In this document: piece by piece, positions 37,495-51,290 of the stretch | Layout: every line of letters starts with the position of its first letter | Numbering within the stretch: position 1 is the stretch's first letter | Origin: Lytechinus pictus | Taxonomy: Eukaryota | Reading direction: 5' to 3' | Assembly (NCBI RefSeq): GCF_037042905.1 | Contig: NC_087252.1 | Span: 10,232,001 to 10,296,000 of the forward strand | Length of the DNA: 64,000 nucleotides | Program-made: the position numbers and the translations under genes | The notes under the pieces: model-generated | What the model was told of the DNA's origin: nothing | Seen by the model: the letters and a program-made list of their open reading frames with translations, nothing else | Databases searched by the model: none

Positions 37495-37984
37495 AGGGGA
37501 AGTTCACCCTGAAGAAAAGTTTGTTGTAAAATAGCAGAAAATTTTGATTTAAAAATACTGGTGAAGCTTTGAAGAAAATCCATTACAGATTAAGAAAGTT
37601 ATTAGATTTTTAAGTTTCGGTTTTGTGACGTCATAAATGAGCAGCTGCCTCATATATTATGTAATGTATATGCATGAATTTCATTTTTGTTATGGTTCGT
37701 GGGGATTTTTTTTTTATTTTTTGAACGGTATGAAAAGATTTGTCCATTGTTATACTAAAGGTAGAGTTAAAACCCTTTTCAATTTTCTGATAAAATGACA
37801 TTGAATTGACTTTTACCATACGATATGTAGGAAAGCTGCTCGCAAATGACGTCACAATCAAATAGTTAAAATTGTAATAACTTTTTTATTATTGGCTGGA
37901 TTTTGCATAAACCTTCGGAAATATTTATTATTGTTTTTTATGTTTTTTTTACAATATTTTTTTTTGTCAGGGTGAACTTCCCCT
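37495..37984. mobile_element. Kolobok-like family K1, intact termini
   Basis: TTAA|AGGGGAAGTTCACCCTGA ... TCAGGGTGAACTTCCCCT|TTAA. Confidence 0.9.
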
Positions 37985-38852
37985 TTAATTAACACTTTAA
38001 CCCTCACCCAGCAACTAAGAATTTACGACCTTCTGTCTCATAGTCAGCCACGCATGCACATATCATGTATGTATGAAAATGATACCAAAATATGCGGAAT
38101 GAATAGTTATATCATGGTATATCATTAAATCAATATTCAAAGGGGAATCCACCCCAAATAAATTGTTTTTATAAGAAAAAGAAAAATCAGACAAGTTGAT
38201 AGGTGAAAGTTTGAACAATATTGGACAATTAACAAGGAAGTTATGATTTTTAAAAGTTGTAAATATCGGTAATCACTATACCCACGGAGTCTTCGAATTG
38301 GCCGCATATAAGATATCCTAGTGATCTAAGGCAAGAAATAGTCTCCCATGTACTTCAATTCTTATAATGGCTAAATGTCATCTTCCCCCAAAAGTTTTAT
38401 TTCAAATTACACTTTTCTTTGATGAGGACATAAAACAATATTGCATGGAACCATATATTACCTGGGTTATATTTAGATTACTGCCCCAGGGGTATTGGTG
38501 ATCTCAATTAAAAAGCAATAACTTTCTTATTACTTGTCCGATTTCTTTCAAACTTTCACCATTCTGTTTAATTTATTTTTCCCCTTCCTAACAAAACATT
38601 TTATGGCCAAGGCTGGATTCCCATTTAAATATCCATAATTTAGACAAGACAACTTCAAACCGATGGGACATTTATCTGCCTCACTCTGTAGTGCGAACTC
38701 TTTGTCCGTGATAAGCTTTGTTGGACAAGTTTTACTTCCCACCCACCCCCGATGCTGGGTAAAACAGACCATTCAAATAAATTTATACCAGACTAATGGA
38801 TAACCTCATACATTATGTAATCTTAATCATTTTCATAATTTCGTTGAAACAG

Positions 38853-39038
38853 AAAACTGTTGGCAGCACAAGTGTGACCCGTTCATGTGCATACGGTTTC
38901 TGCAGCAATAACTGCGTTCTCGGATTCTGTTACTACTGCTGCACATCCGACTACTGCAATGGAGGTACCACCGTGACAGCCAACATCGTTGCTATGGGCG
39001 TGGCTATTCTTGTTGCGTACTTCCTGTCTAGACAGTAA
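38853..39038 (+). CDS. Ly6/uPAR gene B, last coding exon
   Basis: gaaacag|, phase 0; KTVGSTSVTRSCAYGFCSNNCVLGFCYYCCTSDYCNGG + hydrophobic GPI signal; CCxxDxCN motif. Confidence 0.93.
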   Translation, partial: KTVGSTSVTRSCAYGFCSNNCVLGFCYYCCTSDYCNGGTTVTANIVAMGVAILVAYFLSRQ

Positions 39039-39066
39039 TCTTCTGGCATGGGAGCATTTTACAAGT

Positions 39067-39488
39067 GGGTGTTTCATAATGTTGTTCATAAGTTAAGAGC
39101 GACTTTAAGAACAACTGGTGAACCTTTCTTACAAGCTAAATAATCATCAATGAACATTTAATGGTGAATATTATTAACAAGAAAGGATCAAAAGTCGTTC
39201 TTAAAGTCGCCCTATCGTACTCTGCAAAAATTCTGGTGTTGATTTAACACCAGCCCAGAATCTATATATGTCCACATCAGAGAAGTATTGAAACAACACC
39301 AGTTTGGAATCAAACCGATGCCGTTTTAATACTAATTGGTTTTGTATAAACACCTATCTGGTGTTAGACCTAACCGAAACTGGTGTTGTTTAACACTTCT
39401 CTGGTGTGGACATATATAGATTCTGGGCTGGTGTTAAATCAACACCAGAGTTTTTGCAGTGTACGAACAGCTTAATGAAACCGCCCCC
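39067..39488. mobile_element. M4 MITE with nested palindromic TA-TSD element (39220-39461) just after the gene B stop codon
   Basis: Inner element has ~85-bp near-perfect inverted arms; the outer TIR resumes after it. Confidence 0.85.
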
Positions 39489-40379
39489 GGTCAACTACAT
39501 CACTCCAATCGCTAGATGTATGATTCAAGGCAAATCCAATCCAAGTGGCAGTTGCTTTGAAAAAAAATAGAACAAAAAAATCCCAATAAAGTTTGATATT
39601 AATAAAGGATGATCGCTATTACATTTCGTTCAAAAAAAATGTTTTTGCAGGTAACCGGAATAGCTCCTCTATGGCTTCTGTTCTCCCTCCATTTTATGCT
39701 AACTTTATCGAATTTATTCCACTCTTTCTTGTGTGAAATGTTAAAAATAACTTGGAATGGTCCGTTATTCTTGTGCTATATGTATTGCAGTGTTGTGTAA
39801 AGGTATTAATGTTGGCTCTATTTTTATTAATGTTAAATATAAATGAATCAAATTAATCAATCAGATCAGTCGGATATTCTACTCTTATGAAAATAAAAGC
39901 AAAATTTTGTACAAATGGATTAATTCAAGAAAGTTTTAGATATGTGAATGATCATTAAGAAAATCATTTTTGTAGGAATTATATGCATAATTACTTATTA
40001 TTAGTTAGTTTATTGTAGATTATCATCAGTAGGTCATGTTTAATCAAGTCTACGAATATAACGACCCAAGGCACGTGACCAAGTTCACTTAAGCTTATTG
40101 TATGTTGGTTGGTTGGTTGGTTGGTTTTTATTCATGATTAAAAATGCATAAATATAAACTAAATAAACATAACATGATCAAATAATTAAGAACAATATAA
40201 CAAATTAACAATATAACAGTAATCAAACTGAACAATGCATGTAATACAGAATCATAGGGATAGACCCGTTTCCGATTGGCTATTAATAGTCAAACCGTTT
40301 TCTTCCCCGGGGTCCCTGTACCATTATCATCAATCAATGTAATAAGACAGAAGAGAAAATAAGATAGTGTAGAAAAAAA

Positions 40380-42400
40380 ACCTGGACATTGAAATACTTC
40401 ACTTGAAAAAACTTTTAGAACTAAATATAAATACTAGAGAAAATTTACAAAAAATTAGACTACTTAGGGAAAAATTAAAACAATTTAGACATCAGAAACT
40501 TGACATGGTAGCAAACAGATTAAGACTTCAAATAATGCAATATGGAGAAAAACCATCTAAATATTTTTGAAATCTTGAAAAGCAGAGGATAGCAGAGAAA
40601 ACATTTCTTAAATTGATTGATGATAACGTTACAGTATTGCAAGAACAAACAGACATTATAAAAGATATTGGCTCATATTATGAACAGTTATATAAATATG
40701 CGAATAGTGATGCTGAAGAAAATTTTCTCTTATTAGGGAAGAGAGTTTTCATAGTCTTACAGAGGAAGAGATTTCTTCTTTAGGAGGAGAAATATCTTAC
40801 AGTGAAGTTGATTTTGCATTAAAAAAAATGAAACATAATAAGGCTCCTGGACAAGATGGATTTACAACTGAATTTTTTAAAGTATTCTTTCAGGACTTGG
40901 GTATATATTTGGTACGAAGTATGAATTTTGCTTACATTTCTGGAAAACTATCCATCTCACAAAATAATGGCTTAATAACATTAATTCCTAAAGGTGACAA
41001 AGTAAGACATTTCATCAAAGATTGGAGAACAATTTCATTGTTGAATGTTGTTTATAAACTGTTGTCAAGTTGTATTGCTAACAGACTTTAAAAAGTATTA
41101 CCATATATTATTCATGTTAATCAATCAGGACTCTTATCTGGAAGGTTTATTGGTAAAAATATTAGAATTGTGTATGATTTAATTGTGTATACTGAGAAGA
41201 AACGTATTCCTGGTATGATTTTATTAATTGATTTTGAAAAAGCCTTTGATAGTGTTTCACATGATTCTTTGTTTAAAACTCTTTCCTTTTTTAAATTTGG
41301 CAAATCTTTCATGAAATGGATAAAAATACTGTACCAGAATGCATTTTCTAGTGTTATAGTCAATAGGCAAATTGAAAGAGGATGTAGGCAACGCGATCGA
41401 CTCTCGGCATATTTGTTTTTGTTATGCGCTGAAGTTCTTGGGTTGTTAATTCGAAATTCACACTCTGTCAAAGGAATTTATGTTGGCTTAAAAGAATACA
41501 AAATTCTTCAGTATGCGGATGACACGGTTTTATTTCTCGATGGTACAGCTGCCAGTTTCTGTAATGAACTAAATATTTTGGATTCATTTGCTGTTTGTAG
41601 TGGGTTGAAGGTCAATATGCAAAAAAACTGAGGCAATTTGGATAGGTGCTTCAAGAAATGAAAAAGTTATACAACTAGATGGAAAACAAGTTATTTTTGT
41701 GCATAATGATTTTTTCGGTACCTTGGTACAGACTTTCATGTTGTTACTGATAAAATACCCGATTATAATTACGATAGAATTTTCGACATAATAAAACGTC
41801 AAATGATTTCATGGATTAAACGAAATATCACTGTTCTGGGTAGAATTACAGTTGTGAAATCATTATTACTGCCACAATTTAATCATTTGTTTATGTCAAT
41901 TCCATCTCCTTCTGCTAAATTAATGAAAGTCATAAAAGTAAAGTTCTTTAATTTTATATGGAAGAACAAGCCATACAAGATTAGTAGAAAACAGATTGTT
42001 GGTGATTATGAAGAAGGCTTAAGATGCCAGACATTGATTTTTTTAATATGACGTCTTTCATCTGATTAAGACATTTTAACTAAGCCTTTGTATTAGAGTT
42101 TTGGGATGAATATTTTCTGTCATTATCTCATGAAGTTGTTAATGCATTTAGGAAAGACGTATTTCATGTTATGTTTTTGTTAATTCAAGCGGGAAAATAA
42201 TTTGGCTAACCTAACCTTTGTAGAGAAACAATGCTATTCAAATAGGGAATAAGTCTGTATATTTTCAATCGTGGTATGAAAAGGGGATTAGATGTATTAA
42301 TGACTTGATTGATGATAAAGTTAAATAGTAAAAATCCAGTGTTTATATTTGCAAAGAAAAAAGTGATTCAATATTATGAAGATGAGACATATATTACTTC
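40380..42400 (+). mobile_element. Decayed Tx1/L1-clade LINE ORF2 (RT region), with frameshifts and stops
   Basis: KAPGQDGFTTEFFKVF, DWRTISLLNVVYK, LLIDFEKAFDSVSH, LQYADDT, GRITVVKSLLLPQ spread over several frames. Confidence 0.92.
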
Positions 42401-42829
42401 TGTATCGGGTTTGTTTAACAAATTTAATACTAAATGGAAGTCACTTCATTCTTTATTTACTTGAGAGAAATGTTTAAGTATAATAATTGTTTGAGTTCAT
42501 TTATTGATTGTGTAATACGTTTGCTTTTGTATATTTTGATATTATTTGATTCAATAAAAGGCCTTTGGAGGGCTAAAAGGTTGGAAAAAAAAGTTCACTT
42601 AAACATCGAAAATTATTTTTGTATACATGAGCCCATTATAGGGGAAACTTCTAGACCAGAATTCTTCTAAGAAAGACCCGAAAAGAATGGAAAATTGACC
42701 AGAATTCATACTATTTTTCTTGATTTGCGCTAAACATGGACCTACTACGAGGTCCATGCCTGAAACGAACTGTTACGGTCCTTGCTATATTCATGAGCTT
42801 AGTTAACTAATTGTCATTCTATGTCAGTT

Positions 42830-43235
42830 GGGTAAATTGCCAATTCGTTTACTGCCAGCTCGTTCAATCACCATGCATGGTCTATACCCTCTTTTAGTCT
42901 AATGCCATTCCGTCCATCAACATTTAGTCTAAAAACCATTTGATCCAATGATCATTTGCTTCAATAATCACTTCATCTAATCATCAATTCGTCCATGACC
43001 ATTTCGTCTCATAACCAGTTGGTCTTATATCCGTTTTATTTTCATTCATTTTGCCAAATTAACACTTGGCCTACCTAGACCAAATGGCCTATGGATTAAT
43101 GGCTATTGGACCAAATACTTATTAAACGAAATGGTGAGTGGACGAAATGGCAATTATACCAAGTGGAAATTAGACGAACTGATGGAAGACCAAATGATAG
43201 TAGACGAGTCGGCAATTGGACGAATTGGCATTAGA
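42830..43235. repeat. Foldback repeat made of short (T)TCGTC / GACGAA-ATGG units; also ~47690-48065 and ~6740-7230
   Basis: Left half ttcgtc/ttggtc-rich, right half gacgaa/gaccaa-rich, inverted symmetry. Confidence 0.7.
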
Positions 43236-44779
43236 TCAGTTGTTATCTTCAAGGTTATTCGAAATATTATTAATATTTATAAGGCGCTTACTACGGGTGT
43301 TTTTAAGCGCACTGTGTTCTGTTACTTGGGATAAAAAAATATGTGGAAGGGGAAGGGGATCCTCTTTTTACTAAAACTTTTATGAAAGTTATATTACATT
43401 ATTTCAGTTTCCCCATCATTTTAATATACAACAAAGATTAATTCCTCCCTAAACATCTGACACTACCATGCATAATTCATATAATAAAATTCAAATAAAA
43501 CTGAGTATCAGAATCTACTCAGTCATGTAAATTTTACTGTGTTGTGTGCATAACTATTTTATGAAAAATAAGCGAAATTTTTAAATGTTATAACCGATTA
43601 CTTCCTTGGCTTTTTATTTTTCTCGTTTGATTTTCCTCTTTTTAATCGAATCAAGACAATCAAACGAAAATTTCACTGAAAATCTCTTTAAAAATCGGAT
43701 GATTTGGTTTTCTTCCTTGGGGGTGGACTTAACCTTTATCTAAGTTGGGCTTATGATCGCTTCCAATATCATAAAGATAAATGAAAACTATCTGCTTCTG
43801 GAACAATCAGGCATCAATCACCTATTTGTCCAAACTCTAGGTTTAAGTCATTTAGTTCATATTTTCATAGTTGATATAATTCATGAGAAAATGTTAAAAA
43901 GACTAAATTCTTTGATATATACTGTTATTTGGCAAACAAAGATTGCAAAAGTGAAACATTCTATAATGACCAAAAACTGGACAATGGAGGGGTCAACTTG
44001 ATACCCAAAAATTGAGCTTTCGACTAAGATGGCTGGGGCCCACTATCGCCTAAAGTAAAGGAATGTGGTGCAAATTTAGTTTATATTGGTTTAATATTTT
44101 AGGTGGTTTGAAACTACTCCGTAATTCAGACTTTGAAACTTGGAATGTAATACATATTTGCAAACACCAACTTCAGGACTGTTTCGATGATCGAAACTAT
44201 TTATTTGTTGCAGATACCATAATATGTTTAAAGGTAAAAATTGGTTTCGGCCTATAATTTCAGCTTCGAAACATGTCACAAAACATCGAGCAACAGGTTT
44301 TGACCGAGTGCTTGGAATTTCATGAAAGTAGCAGATTCCGTCAAGGATGAAGCTTGGTCAACTAGTATTATGTAAAACAAAGTTCATAGTTCCTGCCAAA
44401 GAAGTAAGTGTACTTAAATATTGTGTTAAAAGGATTTCAGAACCAATTATCTAAAATGTAAAAATGAAAATGAAGAAAAAACTTCACGTGGTTAAATGTT
44501 CATTGGCATAAAATTTGCATATTGTGAGGTCGCCGTAAAGATGACAGAATGCGGCACATTTTGTATGAAAAAACGTTTAAAATTCAAGATGTTATACTTG
44601 TCAAGGATAAAGAGTACGGAAAGAAATAAATTGAGTTGAGGAGAAATTATTATGATGAGAATTATTTAAGAAATAATATTAGTTTCTTGGGATAAAAGAG
44701 GGATATGTAAGCTACGTAGATTTGGGACATGAAACCAAAACTAAAGTTAGCCCACTAAATTTGCATTGTTTATATAAAG

Positions 44780-46470
44780 CAATGAGTAGTAATGTCCAGG
44801 GTTTATGAAAGCATATCTTATGGAATATTATTGACAAAGATATGTCACAAGCATTTCAGATTCATAAAATAACTGAGTGTATTATGAATCAAACTAGACC
44901 AAAGTAATTTAATGTGGCTAGTCAAAGGAATTTAAGCAACTTTAAAAGAGGTGTTTTGAGTAGGATTTTACAATTTGTCAAGTGAAATATTTATACTTAA
45001 ATTCAAGTTAAATTTATTATATTTTCCTGGAGATTTATATTCCAGTACAAACATCAAAAAAATTTCTGATGTAGGTTTTTTTTTTAATATTTGCTAGGAA
45101 AATAATGCAGATATTTCATGAAGATAATTATATTATTACTGATAATTCTATGGTCCTTTTGCAAGTTAAGATAGAGCTGTCAAAAGTCGATAATCACACA
45201 AAGAGACATGGTTTGATGATTCATTCAGGTTTATCATTTATTTAAGAAAGTACAATTCAAAGTGTGATCTGATTTAGACAAATATAGATATTCAGAGTTA
45301 AATTACTATGTATTGAAGACACATGTCTAATTTCCGGTTCAATTTGTTTGTTCTCTTTAATATACAGATTGAATTATGCCAAGTTATGCTACGCCATGCT
45401 GTGCTACAAGAATTATATATCTTGAACTGCGTTGAATCAGAACTACATCATTGATCGTTTTATTTAACGTCAAATCAACGCCTTAATACAATTTCGTGCA
45501 GAATTTTCATTTTGTCCTAAAAAATCCAAGGACTTTTACACTGAAATATTACATGCCTTGTTAGAGATAAAGAATAATACTTGTTTAGAATATCACCCTG
45601 AAGTAAATGGATTAAAATACGAAATTTTGTGTCTCAATAAAAATGTAACCTGTCGCAACATCACCCAATTTTTTTTTAAGGATGGTATAAATTTTGGATA
45701 GTGTCTTTGAACAATATTCTCAGGAAAATAAATTTCTGACCTATAATGGAAATGTCTTCCCTGTTTAAATTGCAGAGAAGCAAAGATTGATATTTGATTA
45801 CACCTTACTACTTAAGGCTATCCCTAAAATGTAGATAAATAATGATACAACCTCTTGTACCAATCGCAACAATAAACCTTCATTAGAATTTCGCAAAATA
45901 ATTGTAGGAGTCAGATATCAAATAAAGTATATTCATGATATTTCAAGTAAACAATTCTATAAATTCTTATCATCAGATGTATCGGGCACTAACAGTTGTT
46001 TATATTGGGAACAGATAATTGGATCACCACTTGACTGGTCAAAATATTTAAAAGAAACTTGTATTACTATTAAAATGAAATAAACTGAAACAATTCAATT
46101 TTAAGATCATGTATAATCTATTGCCATTGAAAAACAATTTGTTCAAGTGAAATGCTATCACGGAAGGAAATTGCCCACATTTTCGCGTGGACGAAGATAA
46201 TGTAAAAGCTTTTGTTGAGTGTAAACTAAATTAAAGATTTGCTTTCCTATTTGAAAACAATAGCTAAGTTAGTATACAATGTTGACCTTAAAATGACAGA
46301 AATGCATTTACTTAACTCACAAAGAAGCTGAACTACATTTGTTCCTTACAATTGCCTTTTGGTGTATTTATGGATATATACTTATAAGAAATCAATCAGG
46401 AAAAGATTATCGAGAATTTAATTTGGAATATACATTTGAAAAAGAAATATGTAAATACGTAAGGTGATTT
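44780..46470 (+). mobile_element. Heavily decayed, internally deleted Tx1-like ORF2 (APE start and post-RT/zf-RVT region)
   Basis: Fragments MSSNVQGL, DFYTEILHA, EILCLNKNV, KQFYKFL, YWEQIIGSPLDWSK, KLKQFNFKIMYNLLP..NNLFK, GNCPHF. Confidence 0.65.
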
Positions 46471-46659
46471 TTTAATGTTGAAATATGAATATAACAAATA
46501 CCCATATAGGGTTTTTTGTATTCCTTCTCGTCTTCGTCGTCATCATTATTACCGGTGTTAATCGCAATTCTTTATCTGAAGCCTTGTAACAACTCCATCT
46601 TTTGCGAATTTTTACCGAAGTTTTCCATTGCCTACAACCGCAGTATTTCTGACCGGAAT

Positions 46660-46785
46660 TTACGGTAACCAGCCCAAGATGCGACAGGCATCGGTAGCAT
46701 GCTTGGTATCGGTCGGTGGATGTCGCCGAGGGCTGGCAAGATAAGCATTTATCATCGGCTGATTCGAGAAGTGCTCGATGAAAGC
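46660..46785 (-). CDS. GSTA: GST alpha-like, coding exon 6
   Basis: tttcatag|AFIEHFSNQPMINAYLASPRRHPPTDTKHATDACRILGWLP*. Confidence 0.9.
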   Translation of the reverse strand, partial: AFIEHFSNQPMINAYLASPRRHPPTDTKHATDACRILGWLP

Positions 46786-47306
46786 CTATGAAAATAGCAA
46801 TGCAAACCAGATCAATAATAATCATAATCACAGTAAAAAAAATCCGAAGATGATAATGATACTAATGATGTATATACAAATAATAACATTAATAACGATG
46901 ACAATGAAAATAACTAACGTAGTGGAAATAATAAATCACTGCGAAGTATCTCAATGTCAAATCAAAGTGATGCAGTAGAAACTGACAAATTTCATAAGGG
47001 ATATGTATTTATTCTCAATACGCTAATCGTGCAGATTCTAAATATCCGATCTCAGTCCGGACTAATTTAAAGCTTTTTTCCCCAAGAGAGGGGTTTCTAT
47101 CTATTTGAAAGGCTAAAACAAAGTAATCACTCCCAACTATTAACAGGCATTATGGGTTCAACTCTTCTAACTAGCTCCGACGTTCTGCGTCCTGAGCCCC
47201 GTCCGTAGATCTGTCAGCTCACCCTTTCTATTTTTTTTGTGAACCCAAGGGTGGTTTAAACTACCCCCCCCCCCCATATTCACCACTGGCTTATTCATGT
47301 ACTTAC

Positions 47307-47444
47307 CGCACATCGTGGAAAGTCGGCCAGTAAAGGTTGAAGTTCGGGTATTTCTTTGACGTAAGCCAACGCATCGAAGACCATGATATCTGCCATCGAC
47401 AGTGATTCCCCAACCAAAAAACCGGAATTGCTCTCAGAAAGTAC
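47307..47444 (-). CDS. GSTA: GST alpha-like, coding exon 5
   Basis: cacag|VLSESNSGFLVGESLSMADIMVFDALAYVKEIPELQPLLADFPRCA|gtaagt; conserved FLVG..LS.AD N-capping box. Confidence 0.95.
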
Positions 47445-48990
47445 CTGTGGATACGGACTACTGATAATTGATGCGTACGCCGATTATGGTAGGGGTAGAG
47501 CGTGTCACACAAAGTGTAAATGAATTATTTGTCGGGTTATTTGTGTACACAATTCACTTTGCCTGGACGTGTGAACGAGCCTGTTTCCTGAAGATGTTTC
47601 AAGCAGAGTTAAGTATGGCTAAGAGTCATGTTTAATGTGAACATGGTCTGTAACGTTAATAAGCAGTAGTGTGCGTCGGTTTATTCAAATTCGTCCAATT
47701 GCCAACTCGTCTACTATCATTTAGTCTACCATCAGTTTTCCACTCACCATGTGGCCTACTCTCATTTAGTGTAATGGCATTCCGTCTAATAGCCAGTTTG
47801 TCCAATAGCCATTTAGTTCATATACCATTTGGTCCAATTGGACCTAAACGTTAATTTCTGCAAAATAAATGAAAATGAAATGGATATTAGACCAACTGGT
47901 TATGAGACGAAATGGTCATTGACGAAATGGTGATTAGACGAGGTGATGATTGGACTAAGGTTTATAATGAACAAAATGGGTGTTAGACGAACTGTTGATT
48001 TACGGAATGGCATTAGACAAAATAAAAGTAGGCCATGTGGTGAGAGGACGAGTTGGCAGTGGAAGAATTTGTCATTTTTACCGTGTGCGTCCTATCAGCA
48101 CGATTTGACCAATGCAGCGATGCCACTAAATTTATACCGCATGCAAATGGAAATTAAAGTACATCCCAACAAAAAGTTGATTTGAACAAATACAGAAAAA
48201 TAACACTAAAAATTTCATCAAATTTGGATGTTAAATAGGAAAATTATATTCTAAAATTTTGCTAAATTTCACAAAACAGTTGTATGCACATCCTGGTCGA
48301 TATGAAAATGAGGGGACTGATGACGTCACTCACTCACTATTTCTTTTGTATTTTATTGTATGATATATGAAATATGTTAATTTTCTCCTCATTGGAAGGT
48401 GAAACAAGTTTTCTTCCTCCATGCATGAACATGGGGAATTACAATTGTTCTAACATTTTATGGTTCAGTAAAACTAGTCCTTATTGTCAAATCTGTAAAA
48501 TTGGAAATATTGTATAATTCAAACAATAACAAACAAAAGAAATAGTGAGTGAGGGATACCACCAACTCTCTCATTTGCGTGTTGCCGAGTTGTGCATATA
48601 ACTGTTTTGTGAAAAATAAGCGAAACTTTAAAATGTCATTACTTTCTTATTTTACATCCGATTTGATGAAATTTTCAACGTTATTCTTCTTTGATTTTTC
48701 TCTATTGATTCAAATCAACATTTGTCTGGGGTGGATTGGACCTTTATGGGCAGCTCTGATACTCAACTCTCCGTGAACCACCCCCCCCCCCCCTCCAAGT
48801 CTCCAAGCAACCACTCTGTGAGTAATTTTATGTGGCAACCCTTATTTTAAAGCAACTGATGGCTAATAGTGATTAATGATCTGATGATGTATGAGGTCTT
48901 GACGATATATTTTTCGCATTCGTATACTGTGTAATATTTTTGCAATATAACCCCAAACCTGCCCCCCCCCCTTCCCTCATAATACTCTAC

Positions 48991-49147
48991 CTTTTCAAAC
49001 ACAGGGAGATATCTATGTCGGCACTCTCTGAAGGCACTCTTAATGTCCTCCTCGCATTTCTCCTTCGATACTTGGATCTCGTCGAATTTAGAATTGATTA
49101 TGTTCGGCCAAGCTAGGTCTTTTGCACCCATTGTCAACATATCTATC
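48991..49147 (-). CDS. GSTA: GST alpha-like, coding exon 4
   Basis: tatag|G IDMLTMGAKDL...RYLPVFEK|gtagag; 157 nt, phase 2-0. Confidence 0.93.
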
Positions 49148-49289
49148 CTATAATTAGAATATAACACATAATTAGATCCCAAAAATATAGACAAAGAATT
49201 CATGCCATTGTCGGACTGTAAGGACATGACAATGCATCTTTGAAGTTTAATATTCAACGCAAGAATGGCTACCCCCCCCCCTCCTAAAA

Positions 49290-49320
<31 letters not shown>

Positions 49321-49679
49321 AATATATATATAGAGAGAGAGGGGGGGAGAGAGGAACACAGCCGTGCATCATCAGGATTATATCAAATTAACAGAAAAAA
49401 GTGTTGAATATGGACATGATCAAAATAATTTGTCAACATTCATTACATTAAAAAATAAGTGCCTAAAAGTATCTCGAGTTAGACAACGCATTATGATGTC
49501 TTTGTTCTGCGACATAAACGAAACCAGATATTATTTTCAAATGGCAAAAAAAAATAAGAATCCATTGTCAACAATGATGAAACAAACAGCAGTTCCGTCT
49601 TAGATTCAGGGAGCACGTTATACTCATTTCTGTCTGTTCAGAACATTATGTTCTTCTGTCCATTGTCAAGTGGATTCCC

Positions 49680-50900
49680 CACTTTTCGCTGTGCAACGCA
49701 GACGGACTTTACGACGGTATATTGATTTTGAAAGAGACTTTTGGGCCCGTCGTCATGGTCGTAAAACACTATCCTGCAATGCAAGTTGTGTGACATGAGA
49801 TTTTTTTTTCATTTCGCATCTGCAACGGAAACATTCACTCTGCGTTTCGTGTGCAAAATTCTGGTTGCTACTATGGTAACAGCGATATATCCGATTTAGG
49901 ACGATTTTCCAGAGCCACATTTGGTTCCTCCCAGAGCTCGAGAGGCTGCCCGGGGGCCCACTTCCATTGATGAGTGGATACCAGGTGCGACCACGCGTAA
50001 ATAGGGAAATAGTGGGCAAGTACGTTACGTATAGGCCTACGTAACGTTATAAGGGTGTCAAAAACGATGTTTAAAATACTGAAAAACGGGATATATTTCC
50101 ATTACTTGTAGGTTATCACAAGCCAAATACTTGTTAAGGGATGCATTTACACAAGCTGGAAAAGACTTTCGAAACCCCATGGTCGCCGCTGGTATCCACT
50201 CGTTAATGAAAGTGGTCCCTCCGGGAATTTGAATCTAATCCCCCATTTCGGGGGAAAGTAAAACATAATGCCCATTACATTGTGTGCTAGAGGCATATCG
50301 TTTGTGTAGGAGCAAGCTGTGTACATATCAACGCATGCGAAATGGTTTCGGCTGGAGAGGTGATCTGACCCCTGAAACCAATTGCCAGTGATCCATCAAT
50401 AATCCACATTGGATGTAATATCGATTCGATAGACTGTAATGATTTATATCTAAGTCTGAATTCAGTAAGTTTTTTCTCATTCAATATGTACTCGATTTGT
50501 TTGAAAAACCACTTTCTTATCCATGTCATAATTTACGTTTCGCATGTCTCCAGCCAGCTGCCAAAGTCATGATAGTACAGCCCCGACTTCGTGCCCAGCC
50601 GCGAGCTCAGGTGGGCATATGCTATGATCATGATGACCAGTTGTACATGCCTGAAAGCGGGATTTTAACAACTTGGAATGGCATGCTGGTGTCGCATGAA
50701 AGAATTTTGCACACGAAAAGCAGATCTATAGGGCCTGTAACACAAAGCTTAACAATGATTGTAGAACAGTTTTCTACGTTCGATTCTATTGGCTTTAATG
50801 TACAATCTTAAAAATCTAAGAGTTTGTGATTAATGGTTAAATTTTGTGATACCGGACCCTAATGTTGCATCCCAGAGGTTTGCGAAAACTCGCTATTATT
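49680..50900. repeat. Inverted duplication, copy 1 (GST intron 3)
   Basis: Reverse-complement colinear with 60720-61960 throughout, with substitutions and indels. Confidence 0.92.
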
Positions 50901-51126
50901 ACTCCTCCCCTCTCTCTCCCACTGGGACCGAACTCCCGTTTCAGTTATGCGTCTCTCCGATCTTGCGGATGCTGCAGACACACCAATGCTAGCCTAAAGA
51001 CTCCAGACCGGTCTGACGATGTAACATTCGAAAAACAAAGATTTGGAGAATAAGATTTTATCGGTATTGAGTCGGTTTCGTTGATGTGACAAGTGTGAAA
51101 GACAATACGATTACTTCCGTGCACAT

Positions 51127-51290
51127 ATACCTAAGTCACATTTGTTCTACGGCGGTCGAAAGGCGAGTTGAAAACAGTCGTTTTATTCATTCTTATTCAA
51201 ACCACCTATATGTAGCAGGTACAAAAAATATCAAAACGGCTGATTTCGACTCACCGTACGGCCGCCGTAGCGCACCAGTGACTGAGGTAT
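51127..51290. mobile_element. MITE family M1, 7 nt from the end of GST exon 3
   Basis: TIRs and similarity to 8371-8534 in opposite orientation. Confidence 0.85.

Noticed and set aside
46472..46831. 119-aa Cys-rich ORF that looks secreted
   Set aside because: Overlaps GST exon 6 in another frame; the GST frame is supported by splice phase and homology.
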